In this document: one piece after another, positions 29,301 through 45,100 of the stretch
Numbering within the stretch: position 1 is the stretch's first letter
Layout of the letters: every line of letters begins with the position of its first letter
Source: Eledone cirrhosa
Lineage: Eukaryota
DNA: 64,000 bases
Direction of reading: 5' to 3'
Assembly (NCBI GenBank): GCA_964016885.1
Contig: OZ024743.1
Location: 176,328,001 to 176,392,000, forward strand
Notes under the pieces: model-generated
Told to the model about the DNA's origin: nothing
Database searches by the model: none
What the model saw: the letters and a program-made list of their open reading frames with translations, nothing else
Made by a program: the position numbers and the translations under genes

Positions 29301-32300
29301 CTTACTACCTCTCTCTCTCTCTAGCTCTTACCTCACCCTCTATATTACTTACTACCTCTATCTCTCTCTAACTCTTACCCCACCCTCTATATTACTTACT
29401 ACCTCTCTCTCTCTAACTTTTACCTCACCCTCTATATTACTTTCTACCTCTCTCTCTATCTGTTACCTCACCCTCTATATTACTTACTAACTCTCTCTCT
29501 AACTATTACCTCACCTTCTATATTACTTACTACCTCTCCCTCTCTCTAACTGGTACCTCACCCTCTATATTACTTACTACCTCTCTCTCTAACTCTTACC
29601 TCACCCTCTATATTACTTACTACCTCTCTCTCTAACTCCTACCTCACCCTCTATATTACTTACTACCTCTCTCTGTAACTCTTACCTCACACTCTATATT
29701 ACTTACAACCTCTATCTCTGTCTAACTCTTACCCCACCCTCTATATTACTTACTACCTCTCTCTCTCTCTCTAACTGTTACCTCACCCTCTATATTACTT
29801 ACTATCTCTCTCTCTCTAACTGTTACCTCACCTTCTATAATACTTTCTACCTCTCTCTCTCTAACTGTTACCTCAGCCTCTATATTACTTACTACCTCTC
29901 TCTCTAACTCTTACCTCACTCTCTATATTACTTACTACCTCTCTCTCTCTAACTGTTACCACACCCTCTATATTACTTACTAACTCTCTCTCTAACTCTT
30001 ACCTCACCTTCTATATTACTTACTACATCTCTCTCTCTCTCTAACTGTTACCTCACCCTCTATATTACTTACTACCTCTCTCTCTAACTCTTACCTCACC
30101 TTCTATATTTCTTACTACCTCTCTCTCTCTCTCTAACTGTTACCTCACCCTCTATATTACTTACTACCTCTCTCTCTGGCTCAAACTCTTACCTCACCCT
30201 CTATATTACTTACTACCGCTCTCTCTAACCGTTACCTCACCCTCAATATTACTTACTACCTCTCTCTCTAACTGTTACCACACCCTCTATATTACTTACT
30301 ACCTCTCTCTCTCTCTAACTCTTACCTCACCCTCTATATTACTTACTACCTCTATCTCTCTCTAACTCTTACCCCACCCTCTATATTACTTACTACCTCT
30401 CTCTCTCTCTCTAACTGTTACCTCACCCTCTATATTACTTACTACCTCTCTCTCTCTAACTTTTACCTCACCTTCTATATTACTTTCTACCTCTCTCTCT
30501 AGCTGTTACCTCACCCTCTATATTACTTACTACCTCTCTCTCTAACTCTTACCTCACCTTCTATATTACTTACTACCTCTCTCTCTCGCTCTAACTCTTA
30601 CCTCACCCTCTATATTACTTACTACCTCTCTCTCTAACTCTTACCTCACCCTCTATATTACTTACTACCTCTCTCTCTAACTCGTACCTCACCCTCTATA
30701 TTACTTACTACCTCTCTCTCTAACACTTACCTCACCCTCTATATTACTTACAACCTCTCTCTCTCTCTAACTCTTACCTCACCCTCTATATTACTTACTA
30801 CCTCTCTCTCTAACTGTTACCTGACCCTCTATATTATTTACGACCTCTCTCTCTCTCTAACTGTTACCTCGCCCTCTATATTACGAACTACATCTCTCTC
30901 TCTAACTGTTACCTCACCCCCTATATTACTTACTACCTCTCTCTCTCTCTAACTCTTACCTCACCCTCTATATTACTTACTACCTCTCTGTCTAACTCTT
31001 ACCTCACCCTCTATATTACTTACTACCTCTCTCTCTAACCGTTACCTCACCCTCTATATTACTTACTACCTCTCTCTCTAACTGTTACCTCACCCTCTAT
31101 ATTACTTACTACCTCTCTCTCTCTCTCTACCTCTTACCTCACCCTCTATATTACTTACTACCTCTCTCTCTAACTGTTACCTCACCCTCTATATTACTTA
31201 CTACCTCTCTCTCTCTCTCTACCTCTTACCTCACCCTCTATATTACTTACTACCTCTCTCTCTAACTGTTACCTCGCCCTCTATATTACGAACTACATCT
31301 CTCTCTCTAACTGTTACCTCACCCCCTATATTACTTACTACCTCTCTCTCTCTCTAACTCTTACCTCACCCTCTATATTACTTACTACCTCTCTCTCTAC
31401 CTCTTACCTCACCCCCTATATTACTTACTACCTCTATCTCTCTATAACTCTAACCCCACCCTCTATATTACTTACTACCTCTCTCTCTCTCTCTAACTGT
31501 TACCTCACCCTCTATATTACTTACTATCTCTCTCTCTCTAACTGTTACCTCACCTTCTATAATACTTTCTACCTCTCTCTCTCTAACTGTTACCTCACCC
31601 TCTATATTACTTACTACCTCTCTCTCTCTCTAACTGTTACCGCACACTCTATATTACTTACTAACTCTCTCTCTAACTCTTACCTCACCTTCTATATTAC
31701 TTACTACCTCTCTCTCTCTCTAACTGTTACCTCACCCTCTATATTACTTACTACCTCTCTCTCTAACTCTTACCTCACCTTCTATATTACTTACTACCTC
31801 TCTCTCGCTCTCTCTAACTCTTACCTCACCCTCTATATTACTTACTACCTCTCTCTCTGGCTCTAACTCTTACCTCACCCTCTATATTACTTACTACCTC
31901 TCTCTCTAACTGTTACCTCACCCTCTATATTACTTACTACCTCCCTCTCTAACTCTTACCTCACCTTCTATATTACTTACTACCTCTCTCTCTTTCTCTA
32001 ACTGTTACCTCACCCTCTATATTACTTACTACCTCTCTCTCTCGCTCTAACTCTTACCTCACCCTCTATATTACTTACTACCTCTCTCTCTAACTCTTAC
32101 CTCACCGTCTATATTACTTACTACCTCTCTCTCTAACTCCTACCTCACCCTCTATATTACTTACTACCTCTCTCTCTAACTGTTACCTCACCGTCTATAT
32201 TATTTACTACCTCTCTCTCTCTCTAAGTGTTACCTCGCCCTTTATATTACGAACTACATCTCTCTCTCTAACTGTTACCTCACCCTCTATATTACTTACT

Positions 32301-35300
32301 ACCTCTCTCTCTCTCTAACTCTTACCTCACCCTCTATATTACTTACTACCTCTCTCTCTAACTCTTACCTCACCCTCTATATTACTTACTACCTCTCTCT
32401 CTAACCGTTACCTCACCCTCTATATTACTTACTACCTCTCTCTCTAACTGTTACCTCACCCTCTATATTACTTACGACCTCTCTCTCTCTCTAACTCTTA
32501 CCTCACCCTCTATATTACTTACTACCTCTATCTCTCTGTAACTCTTACTCCACCCTCTATATTACTTACTACCCCTCTCTCTTTCTCTAACTGTTACCTC
32601 ACCCTCTATATTACTTACTATCTCTCTCTCTCTAACTGTTACCGCACCCTCTATATTACTTACTAACTCTCTCTCTAACTCTTACCTCACCTTCTATATT
32701 ACTTACTACATCTCTCTCTCTCTAACTGTTACCTCACCCTCTATATTACTTACTACCTTTCTCTCTAACTCTTACCTCACCTCCTATATTACTTACTACC
32801 TCTCTCTCTAACTCTTACCTCACTCTCTATATTACTTACTACCTCTCTCTCTCTAACTGTTACCGCACCCTCTATATTACTTACTAACTCTCTCTCTAAC
32901 TCTTACCTCACCTTCTATATTACTTACTACATCTCTCTCTCTCTAACTGTTACCTCACCCTCTATATTACTTACTACCTCTCTCTCTAACTCTTACCTCA
33001 CCTTCTATATTACTTACTACCTCTCTCTCTCTCTCTCTAACTGTTACCTCACCCTCTATATTACTTACTACCTCTCTCTCTGGCTCTAACTCTTACCTCA
33101 CCCTCTATATTACTTACTACCTCTCTCTTTAACCGTTACCTCACCCTCTATATTACTTACTACCTCTCTCTCTAACTCTTACTTCACCCTCTATATTACT
33201 TACTACCTCTCTCTCTAACCGTTACCTCACCCTCTATATTACTTACTACCTCTCTCTCTCTTTCTAACTGTTACCTCACCCTCTATATTACTTTCTACCT
33301 CTCTCTCTAGCTGTTACCTCACCATCTATATTACTTTCTACCTCTCTCTCTAGCTGTTACCTCACCCTCTATATTACTTACTACCTCTCTCTCTCTCTAA
33401 CTGTTACCGCACCCTCTATATTCCTTACTAACTCTCTCTCTAACTCTTACCTCACCTTCTATATTACTTACTACCTCTCTCTCTCTCTAACTGTTACCTC
33501 ACCCTCTATATTACTTACTACCCCTCTCTCTAACTCTTACCTCACCTTCTATATTACTTATTACCTCTCTCTCTCTCTCTAACTCTTACCTCACCCTCTA
33601 TATTACTTACTACCTCTCTCTCTAACTCTTACCTCACCGTCTATATTACTTACTACCTCTCTCTCTAACTCCTACCTCACCCTCTATATTACTTACTACC
33701 TCTCTCTCTAACTCTTACCTCACCCTCTATATTACTTACTACCTCTCTCTCTCTCTAACTCTTACCTCACCCTCTATATTACTTACTACCTCTCTCTCTA
33801 ACTCTTACCTCACCCTCTATATTACTTACTACCTCTCTCTGTAAACGTTACCTCACCCTCTATATTACTTACTACCTCTCTCTCTAACTGTTACCTCACC
33901 CTCTATATTACTTACTACCTCTCTCTCTCTCTAACTCTTACCTCACCCTCTATATTACTTACTACCTCTATCTCTCTGTAACTCTTACCCCACCCTCTAT
34001 ATTACTTACTACCTCTCTCTCTCTCTCTAACTGTTACCTCACCCTCTATATTACTTACTATCTCTCTCTCTCTAACTGTTACCTCACCTTCTATAATACT
34101 TTCTACCTCTCTCTCTCTCTCTAACTGTTACCTCACCCTCTATATTACTTACTACCTCTCTCTCTCTAACTTTTACCTCACCTTCTATATTACTTTCTAC
34201 CTCTCTCTCTAGCTGTTACCTCACCCTCTATATTACTTACTACCTCTCTCTCTAACTCTTACCTCACCTTCTATATTACTTACTACCTCTCTCTCTCGCT
34301 CTAACTCTTACCTCACCCTCTATATTACTTACTACCTCTCTCTCTAACTCTTACCTCACCCTCTATATTACTTACTACCTCTCTCTCTAACTCGTACCTC
34401 ACCCTCTATATTACTTACTACCTCTCTCTCTAACTCTTACCTCACCCTCTATATTACTTACAACCTCTCTCTCTCTCTAACTCTTACCTCACCCTCTATA
34501 TTACTTACTACCTCTCTCTCTAACTGTTACCTGACCCTCTATATTATTTACTACCTCTCTCTCTCTCTAACTGTTACCTCGCCCTCTATATTACGAACTA
34601 CATCTCTCTCTCTAACTGTTACCTCACCCCCTATATTACTTACTACCTCTCTCTCTCTCTCTAACTCTTACCTCACCCTCTATATTACTTACTACCTCTC
34701 TGTCTAACTCTTACCTCACCCTCTATATTACTTACTACCTCTCTCTCTAACCGTTACCTCACCCTCTATATTACTTACTACCTCTCTCTCTAACTGTTAC
34801 CTCACCCTCTATATTACTTACTACCTCTCTCTCTCTCTCTACCTCTTACCTCACCCTCTATATTACTTACTACCTCTCTCTCTAACTGTTACCTCACCCT
34901 CTATATTACTTACTACCTCTCTCTCTCTCTCTACCTCATACCTCACCCTCTATATTACTTACTACCTCTCTCTCTAACTGTTACCTCGCCCTCTATATTA
35001 CGAACTACATCTCTCTCTCTAACTGTTACCTCACCCCCTATTCTACTTACTACCTCTCTCTCTCTCTAACTCTTACCTCACCCTCTATATTACTTACTAC
35101 CTCTCTCTCTACCTCTTACCTCACCCCCTATATTACTTACTACCTCTCTCTCTAACTCTTACCTCACCCTCTATATTACTTACTACCTCTCTCTCTCTCT
35201 AACTCTTACCTCACCCTCTATATTACTTACTACCTCTCTCTCTAACTCTTACCTCACTCTTTATATTACTTACTACCTCTCTCTCTCTAACTGTTACCGC

Positions 35301-38300
35301 ACCCTCTATATTACTTACTAACTCTCTCTCTAACTCTTACCTCACCTTCTATATTACTTACTACATCTCTCTCTCTCTAACTGTTACCTCACCCTCTATA
35401 TTACTTACTACCTCTCTCTCTCTCTAACTCTCACCTCACCCTCTATATTACTTACTACCTCTATCTCTCTCTAACTCTTACCCCACCCTCTATATTACTT
35501 ACTACCTCTCTCTCTCTCTCTAACTGTTACCTCACCCTCTATATTACTTACTACCTCTCTCTCTCTAACTGTTACCTCACCTTCTATATTACTTTCTACC
35601 TCTCTCTCTAGCTGTTACCTCACCCTCTATATTACTTACTACCTCTCTCTCTAACTCTTACCTCACCTTCTATATTACTTACTACCTCTCTCTCTCTCTC
35701 TAACTGTTACCGCACCCTCTATATTCCTTACTAACTCTCTCTCTAACTCTTACCTCACCTTCTATATTACTTACTACCTCTCTCTCTCTCTCTAACTGTT
35801 ACCTCACCCTCTATATTACTTACTACCTCTCTCTCTCGCTCTAACTCTTACCTCACCCTCTATATTACTTACTACCTCTCTCTCTCTAACTGTTACCGCA
35901 TCCTCTATATTACTTACTACCTCTCTCTCTAACTCTTACCTCACCTTCTATATTACTTACTACCTCTCTCTCTCTCTCTAACTGTTACCTCACCCTCTAT
36001 ATTACTTACTACCTCTCTCTCTCTCTAACTCTTACCTCACCCTCTATATTACTTACTACCTCTATCTCTCTCTAACACTTACCCCACCCTCTATATTACT
36101 TACTACCCCTCTCTCTCTCTCTAACTGTTACCTCACCCTCTATATTACTTACTACCTCTCTCTCTAACTCTTACCTCAACTTCTATATTACTTACTACCT
36201 CTCTCTCTCTCTCTCTAACTGTTACCTCACCCTCTATATTAATTACTACCTCTCTCTCTCGCCCTAACTCCTACCTCACCCTCTATATTACTTACTACCT
36301 CTCTCTCTAACTCTTACCTCACCCTCTATATTACTTACTACCTCTCTCTCTAACTCCTACCTCACCCTCTATATTACTTACTACCTCTCTCTCTAACTCT
36401 TACCTCACCCTCTATATTACTTACTACCTCTCTCTCTCTCTAACTCTTACCTCACCCTCTATATTACTTACTACCTCTCTCTCTAACTGTTACCTCACCC
36501 TCTATATTATTTACTACCTCTCTCTCTCTCTAACTGTTACCTCGCCCTCTATATTACGAACTACATCTCTCTCTCTAACTTTTACCTCACCCTCTATATT
36601 ACTTACTACCTCTATCTCTTTCTAACTCTTACCCCACCCTCTATATTACTTACTACCTCTCTCTCTCTCTAACTGTTACCTCACCCTCTATATTACTTAC
36701 TATCTCTCTCTCTCTAACTGTTACCTCACCTTCTATAATACTTTCTACCTCTCTCTCTCTAACTGTTACCTCACCCTCTATATTACTTACTACCTCTCTC
36801 TCTAACTCTTACCTCACTCTCTATATTACTTACTACCTCTCTCTCTATAACTGTTACCGCACCCTCTATATTACTTACTAACTCTCTCTCTAACTCTTAC
36901 CTCACCCTCTATATTACTTACTACCTCTCTCTCTAACAGTTACCTCACACTCTATATTACTTATTACCTCTGCCTCTCTAACTCTTACCTTACCCTCTAT
37001 ATTACTTACTACCGCTCTCTCTCTCTAACTGTTACCTCACCCTCTATATTACTTACTACCTCTCTCTCTCTCTTACTGTTACCTCACCCTCTATATTACT
37101 TACTACCTCTCTCTAACTCTTACCTCACCTTCTATATTACTTACTACCTCTCTCTCTCTAACTCTTACCTCACCCTTTATATTACTTACTACCTCTCTCT
37201 CTAACTCTTACCTCACCTTCTATATTACTTACTACCTCTCTCTCTCACTCTAACTGTTACCTCACCCTCTATATTACTTACTACCTCTCTCTCTCGCTCT
37301 AACTCTTACCTCACCCTCTATATTACTTACTACCTCTCTCTCTAACTGTTACCTCACCCTCTATATTACTTACTACCTCTCTCTCTAACTGTTACCTCAC
37401 CCTCTATATTACTTACTACCTCTCTCTCTCTCTAACTCTTACCTCACCCTCTATATTACTTACTACCTCTCTCTCTCTCTAACTCTTACCTCACCCTCTA
37501 TATTACTTACTACCTCTCTCTCTCTAACTTTTCCCTCACCCTCTATATTACTTTCTACCTCTCTCTCTATCTGTTACCTCACTCTCTATATTACTTACTA
37601 CCTCTCTCTCTAACTCTTACCTCACCTTCTATATTACTTACTACCTCTCTCTCTCTCTAACTGTTACCGCACCCTCTATATTACTTACTAACTCTCTCTG
37701 TAACTCTTACCTCACCTTCTATATTACTTACTACCTCTCTCTCTCTCTAACTGTTACCTCACCCTCTATATTACTTACTACCTCTCTCTCTCTCTAACTC
37801 TTACCTCACCCTCTATATTACTTACTACCTCTCTTTCTCTCTAACTCTTACCTCACCCTCTATATTACTTACTACCTCTCTCTCTCTCTAACTCTTACCT
37901 CGCCCTCTATATTACTTACTACCTCTCTCTCTAACTCTTACCTCAGCCTCTGTATTACTTACTACCTCTATCTCTCTCTAACTCTTACCCCACCCTCTAT
38001 ATTACTTACTACCTCTCTCTCTCTCTCTAACTGTTACCTCACCCTCTATATTACTTACTATCTCTCTCTCTCTAACTGTTACCTCACCTTCTATAATACT
38101 TTCTACCTCTCTCTCTCTAACTGTTACCTCACCCTCTATATTACTTACTACCTCTCTCTCTCTCTAACTCTTACCTCACCCTCTATATTACTTACTACCT
38201 CTCTCTCTCTCTAATTCTTACCTCACCCTCTATATTACTTACTACCTCTCTTTCTCTCTAACTCTTACCTCACCCTCTATATTACTTACTACCTCTCTCT

Positions 38301-39199
38301 CTCTCTAACTCTTACCTCGCCCTCTATATTACTTACTACCTCTCTCTCTAACTCTTACGTCACCCTCTATATTACTTACTACATCTCTCTCTCTCTAACT
38401 GTTACCTCACCCTTTATATTACTTACTACCTCTCTCTCGCTCTAACTGTTACCTCACCCTCTACATTACTTACTACCTCTCTCTCTAACTGTTACCCCAC
38501 TCTCTATATTACTTATTACCTCTCTCTCTTTCTCTAACTCTTACCTCACCCTCTATATTACTTACTACCTCTCACTCCCTCTAACTGTTACCTCACCCTC
38601 GATATTACTTACTACCTCTCTCTCTCTCTAACTCTTACCCCACCCTCTATATTACTTACTACCTCTCTCTCTCTAACTTTCACCTCACCCTCTATATTAC
38701 TTTCTACCTCTCTCTCTAGCTATTACCTCACCCTCTATATTACATACTAACTCTCTCTCTAACTCTTACCTCACCTTCTATATTACTTACTACCTCTCTC
38801 TCTCTCTAACTGTTACCTCACCCTCTATATTACTTACTACCTCTCTCTCTCGCTCTATCTCTTACCTCACCCTCTATATTACTTACTACCTCTCTCTCTA
38901 ACTCTTACCTCACCCTCTATATTACTTACTACCTCTCTCTCTAACTCCTACCAAACCCTCTATATTACTTACTACCTCTCTCTATAACTCTTACCTCACC
39001 CTCTATATTACTTACTACCTCTCTCTCTCTCTAACTCTTTCCTCACCCTCTATATTACTTACTACCTCTCACTCTAACTGTTACCTCACCCTCTATATTA
39101 TTTACTACCTCTCTCTCTCTCTAACTGTTACCTCGCCCTCTATATTACGAAATACATCTCTCTCTCTAACTGTTACCTCACCCTCTATATTACTTACTA

Positions 39200-42100
39200 C
39201 CTCTCTCTCTCTCTAACTCTTACCTCACCCTCTATATTACTTACTACCTCTCTCTCTAACTCTTACCTCACCTTCTATATTACTTACTACCTCTCTCTCT
39301 AACCGTTACCTCACCCTCTATATTACTTACTACCTCTCTCTCTAACTGTTACCTCACCCTCTATATTACTTACTACCTCTCTCTCTCTCTAACTCTTACC
39401 TCACCCTATATATTACTTACTACCTCTATCTCTCTCTAACTCTTACCCCACCCTCTATATTACTTACTACCTCTCTCTCTCTCTCTAACTGTTACCTCAC
39501 CCTCTATATTACTTACTATCTCTCTCTCTCTAACTGTTACCTCACATTCTATAATACTTTCTACCTCTCTCTCTCTAACTGTTACCTCACCCTCTATATT
39601 ACTTACTACCTCTCTCTCTAACTCTTACCTCACCTTCTATATTACTTAATACCTCTCTCTCTCTCTCTAACTGTTACCTCACCCTCTATATTACTTACTA
39701 CCTCTCTCTCTGGCTCTAACTCTTACCTCACCCTCTATATTACTTACTACCTCTCTCTCTAACCGTTAGCTCACCCTCTATATTACTTACTACCTCTCTC
39801 TCTAACTGTTACCACACCCTCTATATTACTTACTACCTCTCTCTCTCTCTAACTCTTACCTCACCCTCTTTATTACTTAGTACCTCTATCTCTCTCTAAC
39901 TCTTACCCCACCCTCTATATTACTTACTACCCCTCTCTCTCTCTCTAACTGTTACCTCACCCTCTATATTACTTACTACCTCTCTCTCTCTAACTTTTAC
40001 CTCACCCTCTATATTACTTTCTACCTCTCTCTCTAGCTGTTACCTCACCCTCTATATTACTTACTACCTCTCTCTCTCTCTAACTGTTACCGCACCCTCT
40101 ATATTACTTACTAACTCTCTCTCTAACTCTTACCTCACCTTCTATATTACTTACTACCTCTCTCTCTCTCTCTAACTGTTACCTCACCCTCTATATTACT
40201 TACTAACTCTCTCTCTCGCTCTAACTCTTACTTCACCCTCTATATTACTTACTACCTCTCTTTCTAACTCTTACCTCACCCTCTATATTACTTACTACCT
40301 CTCTCTCTAACTCCTACCTCACCCTCTATATTACTTACTACCTCTCTCTCTAACACTTACCTCACCCTCTATATTACTTACTACCCCTCTCTCTCTCTAA
40401 CTCTTACCTCACCCTCTATATTACTTTCTACCTCTCTCTCTAACTGTTACCTCACCCTCTATATTATTTACAACCTCTCTCTCTCTCTAACTGTTACCTC
40501 GCCCTCTATATTACGAACTACATCTCTCTCTCTCTAACTGTTACCTCACCCTCTATATTACTTACTACCTCTCTCTCTCTCTAACTCTTACCTCACCCTC
40601 TATATTACTTACTACCTCTCTCTCTAACTCTTACCTCACCCTCTATATTACTTACTACCTCTCTCTCTAACCGTTACCTCACCCTCTATATTACTTACTA
40701 CCTCTCTCTCTAACTGTTACCTCACCCTCTATATCACTTACTACCTCTCTCTCTCTCTAACTCTTACCTCACCCTCTATATTACTTACTACCTCTATCTC
40801 TCTCTAACTCTTACCCCACCCTCTATATTACTTACTACCTCTCTCTCTCTCTCTAACTGTTACCTCACCCTCTATATTACTTACTATCTCTCTCTCTCTA
40901 ACTGTTACCTCACCTTCTATAATACTTTCTACCTCTCTCTCTCTAACTGTTACCTCACCCTCTATATTACTTACTACCTCTCTCTCTAACTCTTACCTCA
41001 CTCTCTATATTACTTACTACCTCTCTCTCTCTAACTGTTACCGCACCCTCTATATTACTTACTAACTCTCTCTCTAACTCTTACCTCACCCTCTATATTA
41101 CTTACTACCTCTAACTCTAACAGTTACCTCACACTCTATATTACTTCTTACCTCTGCCTCTCTAACTCTTACCTTACCCTCTATATTACTTACTACCGCT
41201 CTCTCTCTCTAACTGTTACCTCACCCTCTATATTACTTACTGCCTCTCTCTCTCTAACTCTTACCTCACCCTCTATATTACTTACTACCTCTCTCTCTAA
41301 CACTTACCTTACCCTCTATATTACTTACTACCGCTCTCTCTCTCTAACTGTTACCTCACCCTCTATATTACTTGCTACCTCTCTCTCTCTCTAACTGTTA
41401 CCTCACCCTCTATATTACTTAGTACCTCTCTCTCTAACTCTTACCTCACCCTCTATATTACTTACTACCTCTCTCTCTCTAACTCTTACCTCACCCTCTA
41501 TATTACTTACTACCCCTCTCTCTCTCTAACTGTTACCTCACACTCTATATTACTTACTACCTCTCTCTCTCTCTAACTCTTACCTCACCCTCTATATTAC
41601 TTACTACCTCTCTCTCTACCTCTTACCTCACCCTCTATATTCTTTACTACCTCTCTCTCTAACTCTTACCTCACCCTCTATATTACTTACTACCTCTCTC
41701 TCTAACTGTTACCTCACCCTCTATATCACTTACTACCTCTCTCTCTAACTCTTCCCTCATCCTCTATATTACTTACTACCTCTCTCTCTCTAACTCTTAC
41801 CTCACCCTCTATATTACTGACTACCCCTCTCTCTCTCTCTCTCTCTCTAACTCTTACCTCACCCTCTATATTACTTACTACCTCTCTTTCTCTCTCTCTA
41901 ACTGTTACCTCACCCTCTATATTACTTACTACCTCTCTCTCTCTCTAACTCTTACCTCACCCTCTATATTACTTACTACCTCTCTCTCTCTCTAACTCTT
42001 ACCTCACCCTCTAAATTACTTACTACCTCTCTCTCTAACTGTTACCTCACCCTCTATATTACTTACTACCTCTCTCTCTCTCTAACTCTTACCTCACCCT

Positions 42101-45100
42101 CTATATTACGAACTACCTCTCTCTCTCTAACTGTTACCTCACCCTCTATATTACTTACTACCTCTCTCTCTCTAAAACTCTTACCTCACCCTCTATATTA
42201 CTTACTACCTCTCTCTCTAACTCTTACCTCACCCTCTATATTACTTACTACCTCTCTCTCTCTCACTCTTACCTCACCCTCTATATTATTTACTACCTCT
42301 CTCTCTCTCTAACTCTTACCTCACCCTCTATATTACTTACTACCTCTCTCTCTCTCTAACTCTTACCTCACCCTCTATATTACTTACTACCTCTCTCTCT
42401 AACTCTTACCTTACCTTCTATATTACTTACTACCTCTCTCTCTAACCGTTACCTCACCCTCTATATTACTTACTACCTCTCTCTCTAACTGTTACCTCAC
42501 CCTCTATATTACTTACTACCTCTCTCTCTCTCTAACTCTTACCTCACCCTATATATTACTTACTACCTCTATCTCTCTCTAACTCTTACCCCACCCTCTA
42601 TATTACTTACTACCTCTCTCTCTCTCTCTAACTGTTACCTCACCCTCTATATTACTTACTATCTCTCTCTCTCTAACTGTTACCTCACATTCTATAATAC
42701 TTTCTACCTCTCTCTCTCTAACTGTTACCTCACCCTCTATATTACTTACTACCTCTCTCTCTAACTCTTACCTCACCTTCTATATTACTTAATACCTCTC
42801 TCTCTCTCTCTAACTGTTACCTCACCCTCTATATTACTTACTACCTCTCTCTCTGGCTCTAACTCTTACCTCACCCTCTATATTACTTACTACCTCTCTC
42901 TCTAACCGTTAGCTCACCCTCTATATTACTTACTACCTCTCTCTCTAACTGTTACCACACCCTCTATATTACTTACTACCTCTCTCTCTCTCTAACTCTT
43001 ACCTCACCCTCTTTATTACTTAGTACCTCTATCTCTCTCTAACTCTTACCCCACCCTCTATATTACTTACTACCCCTCTCTCTCTCTCTAACTGTTACCT
43101 CACCCTCTATATTACTTACTACCTCTCTCTCTCTAACTTTTACTTCACCCTCTATATTACTTTCTACCTCTCTCTCTAGCTGTTACCTCACCCTCTATAT
43201 TACTTACTACCTCTCTCTCTCTCTAACTGTTACCGCACCCTCTATATTACTTACTAACTCTCTCTCTAACTCTTACCTCACCTTCTATATTACTTACTAC
43301 CTCTCTCTCTCTCTCTAACTGTTACCTCACCCTCTATATTACTTACTAACTCTCTCTCTCGCTCTAACTCTTACTTCACCCTCTATATTACTTACTACCT
43401 CTCTCTCTAACTCTTACCTCACCCTCTATATTACTTACTACCTCTCTCTCTAACTCCTACCTCACCCTCTATATTACTTACTACCTCTCTCTCTAACACT
43501 TACCTCACCCTCTATATTACTTACTACCCCTCTCTCTCTCTAACTCTTACCTCACCCTCTATATTACTTTCTACCTCTCTCTCTAACTGTTACCTCACCC
43601 TCTATATTATTTACAACCTCTCTCTCTCTCTAACTGTTACCTCGCCCTCTATATTACGAACTACATCTCTCTCTCTCTAACTGTTACCTCACCCTCTATA
43701 TTACTTACTACCTCTCTCTCTCTCTAACTCTTACCTCACCCTCTATATTACTTACTACCTCTCTCTCTAACTCTTACCTCACCCTCTATATTACTTACTA
43801 CCTCTCTCTCTAACCGTTACCTCACCCTCTATATTACTTACTACCTCTCTCTCTAACTGTTACCTCACCCTCTATATCACTTACTACCTCTCTCTCTCTC
43901 TAACTCTTACCTCACCCTCTATATTACTTACTACCTCTATCTCTCTCTAACTCTTACCCCACCCTCTATATTACTTACTACCTCTCTCTCTCTCTCTAAC
44001 TGTTACCTCACCCTCTATATTACTTACTATCTCTCTCTCTCTAACTGTTACCTCACCTTCTATAATACTTTCTACCTCTCTCTCTCTAACTGTTACCTCA
44101 CCCTCTATATTACTTACTACCTCTCTCTCTAACTCTTACCTCACTCTCTATATTACTTACTACCTCTCTCTCTCTAACTGTTACCGCACCCTCTATATTA
44201 CTTACTAACTCTCTCTCTAACTCTTACCTCACCCTCTATATTACTTACTACCTCTAACTCTAACAGTTACCTCACACTCTATATTACTTCTTACCTCTGC
44301 CTCTCTAACTCTTACCTTACCCTCTATATTACTTACTACCGCTCTCTCTCTCTAACTGTTACCTCACCCTCTATATTACTTACTGCCTCTCTCTCTCTAA
44401 CTCTTACCTCACCCTCTATATTACTTACTACCTCTCTCTCTAACACTTACCTTACCCTCTATATTACTTACAACCGCTCTCTCTCTCTAACTGTTACCTC
44501 ACCCTCTATATTACTTGCTACCTCTCTCTCTCTCTAACTGTTACCTCACCCTCTATATTACTTAGTACCTCTCTCTCTAACTCTTACCTCACCCTCTATA
44601 TTACTTACTACCTCTCTCTCTCTAACTCTTACCTCACCCTCTATATTACTTACTACCCCTCTCTCTCTCTAACTGTTACCTCACACTCTATATTACTTAC
44701 TACCTCTCTCTCTCTCTAACTCTTACCTCACCCTCTATATTACTTACTACCTCTCTCTCTACCTCTTACCTCACCCTCTATATTCTTTACTACCTCTCTC
44801 TCTAACTCTTACCTCACCCTCTATATTACTTACTACCTCTCTCTCTAACTGTTACCTCACCCTCTATATCACTTACTACCTCTCTCTCTAACTCTTCCCT
44901 CATCCTCTATATTACTTACTACCTCTCTCTCTCTAACTCTTACCTCACCCTCTATATTACTGACTACCCCTCTCTCTCTCTCTCTCTCTCTCTAACTCTT
45001 ACCTCACCCTCTATATTACTTACTACCTCTCTTTCTCTCTCTCTAACTGTTACCTCACCCTCTATATTACTTACTACCTCTCTCTCTCTCTAACTCTTAC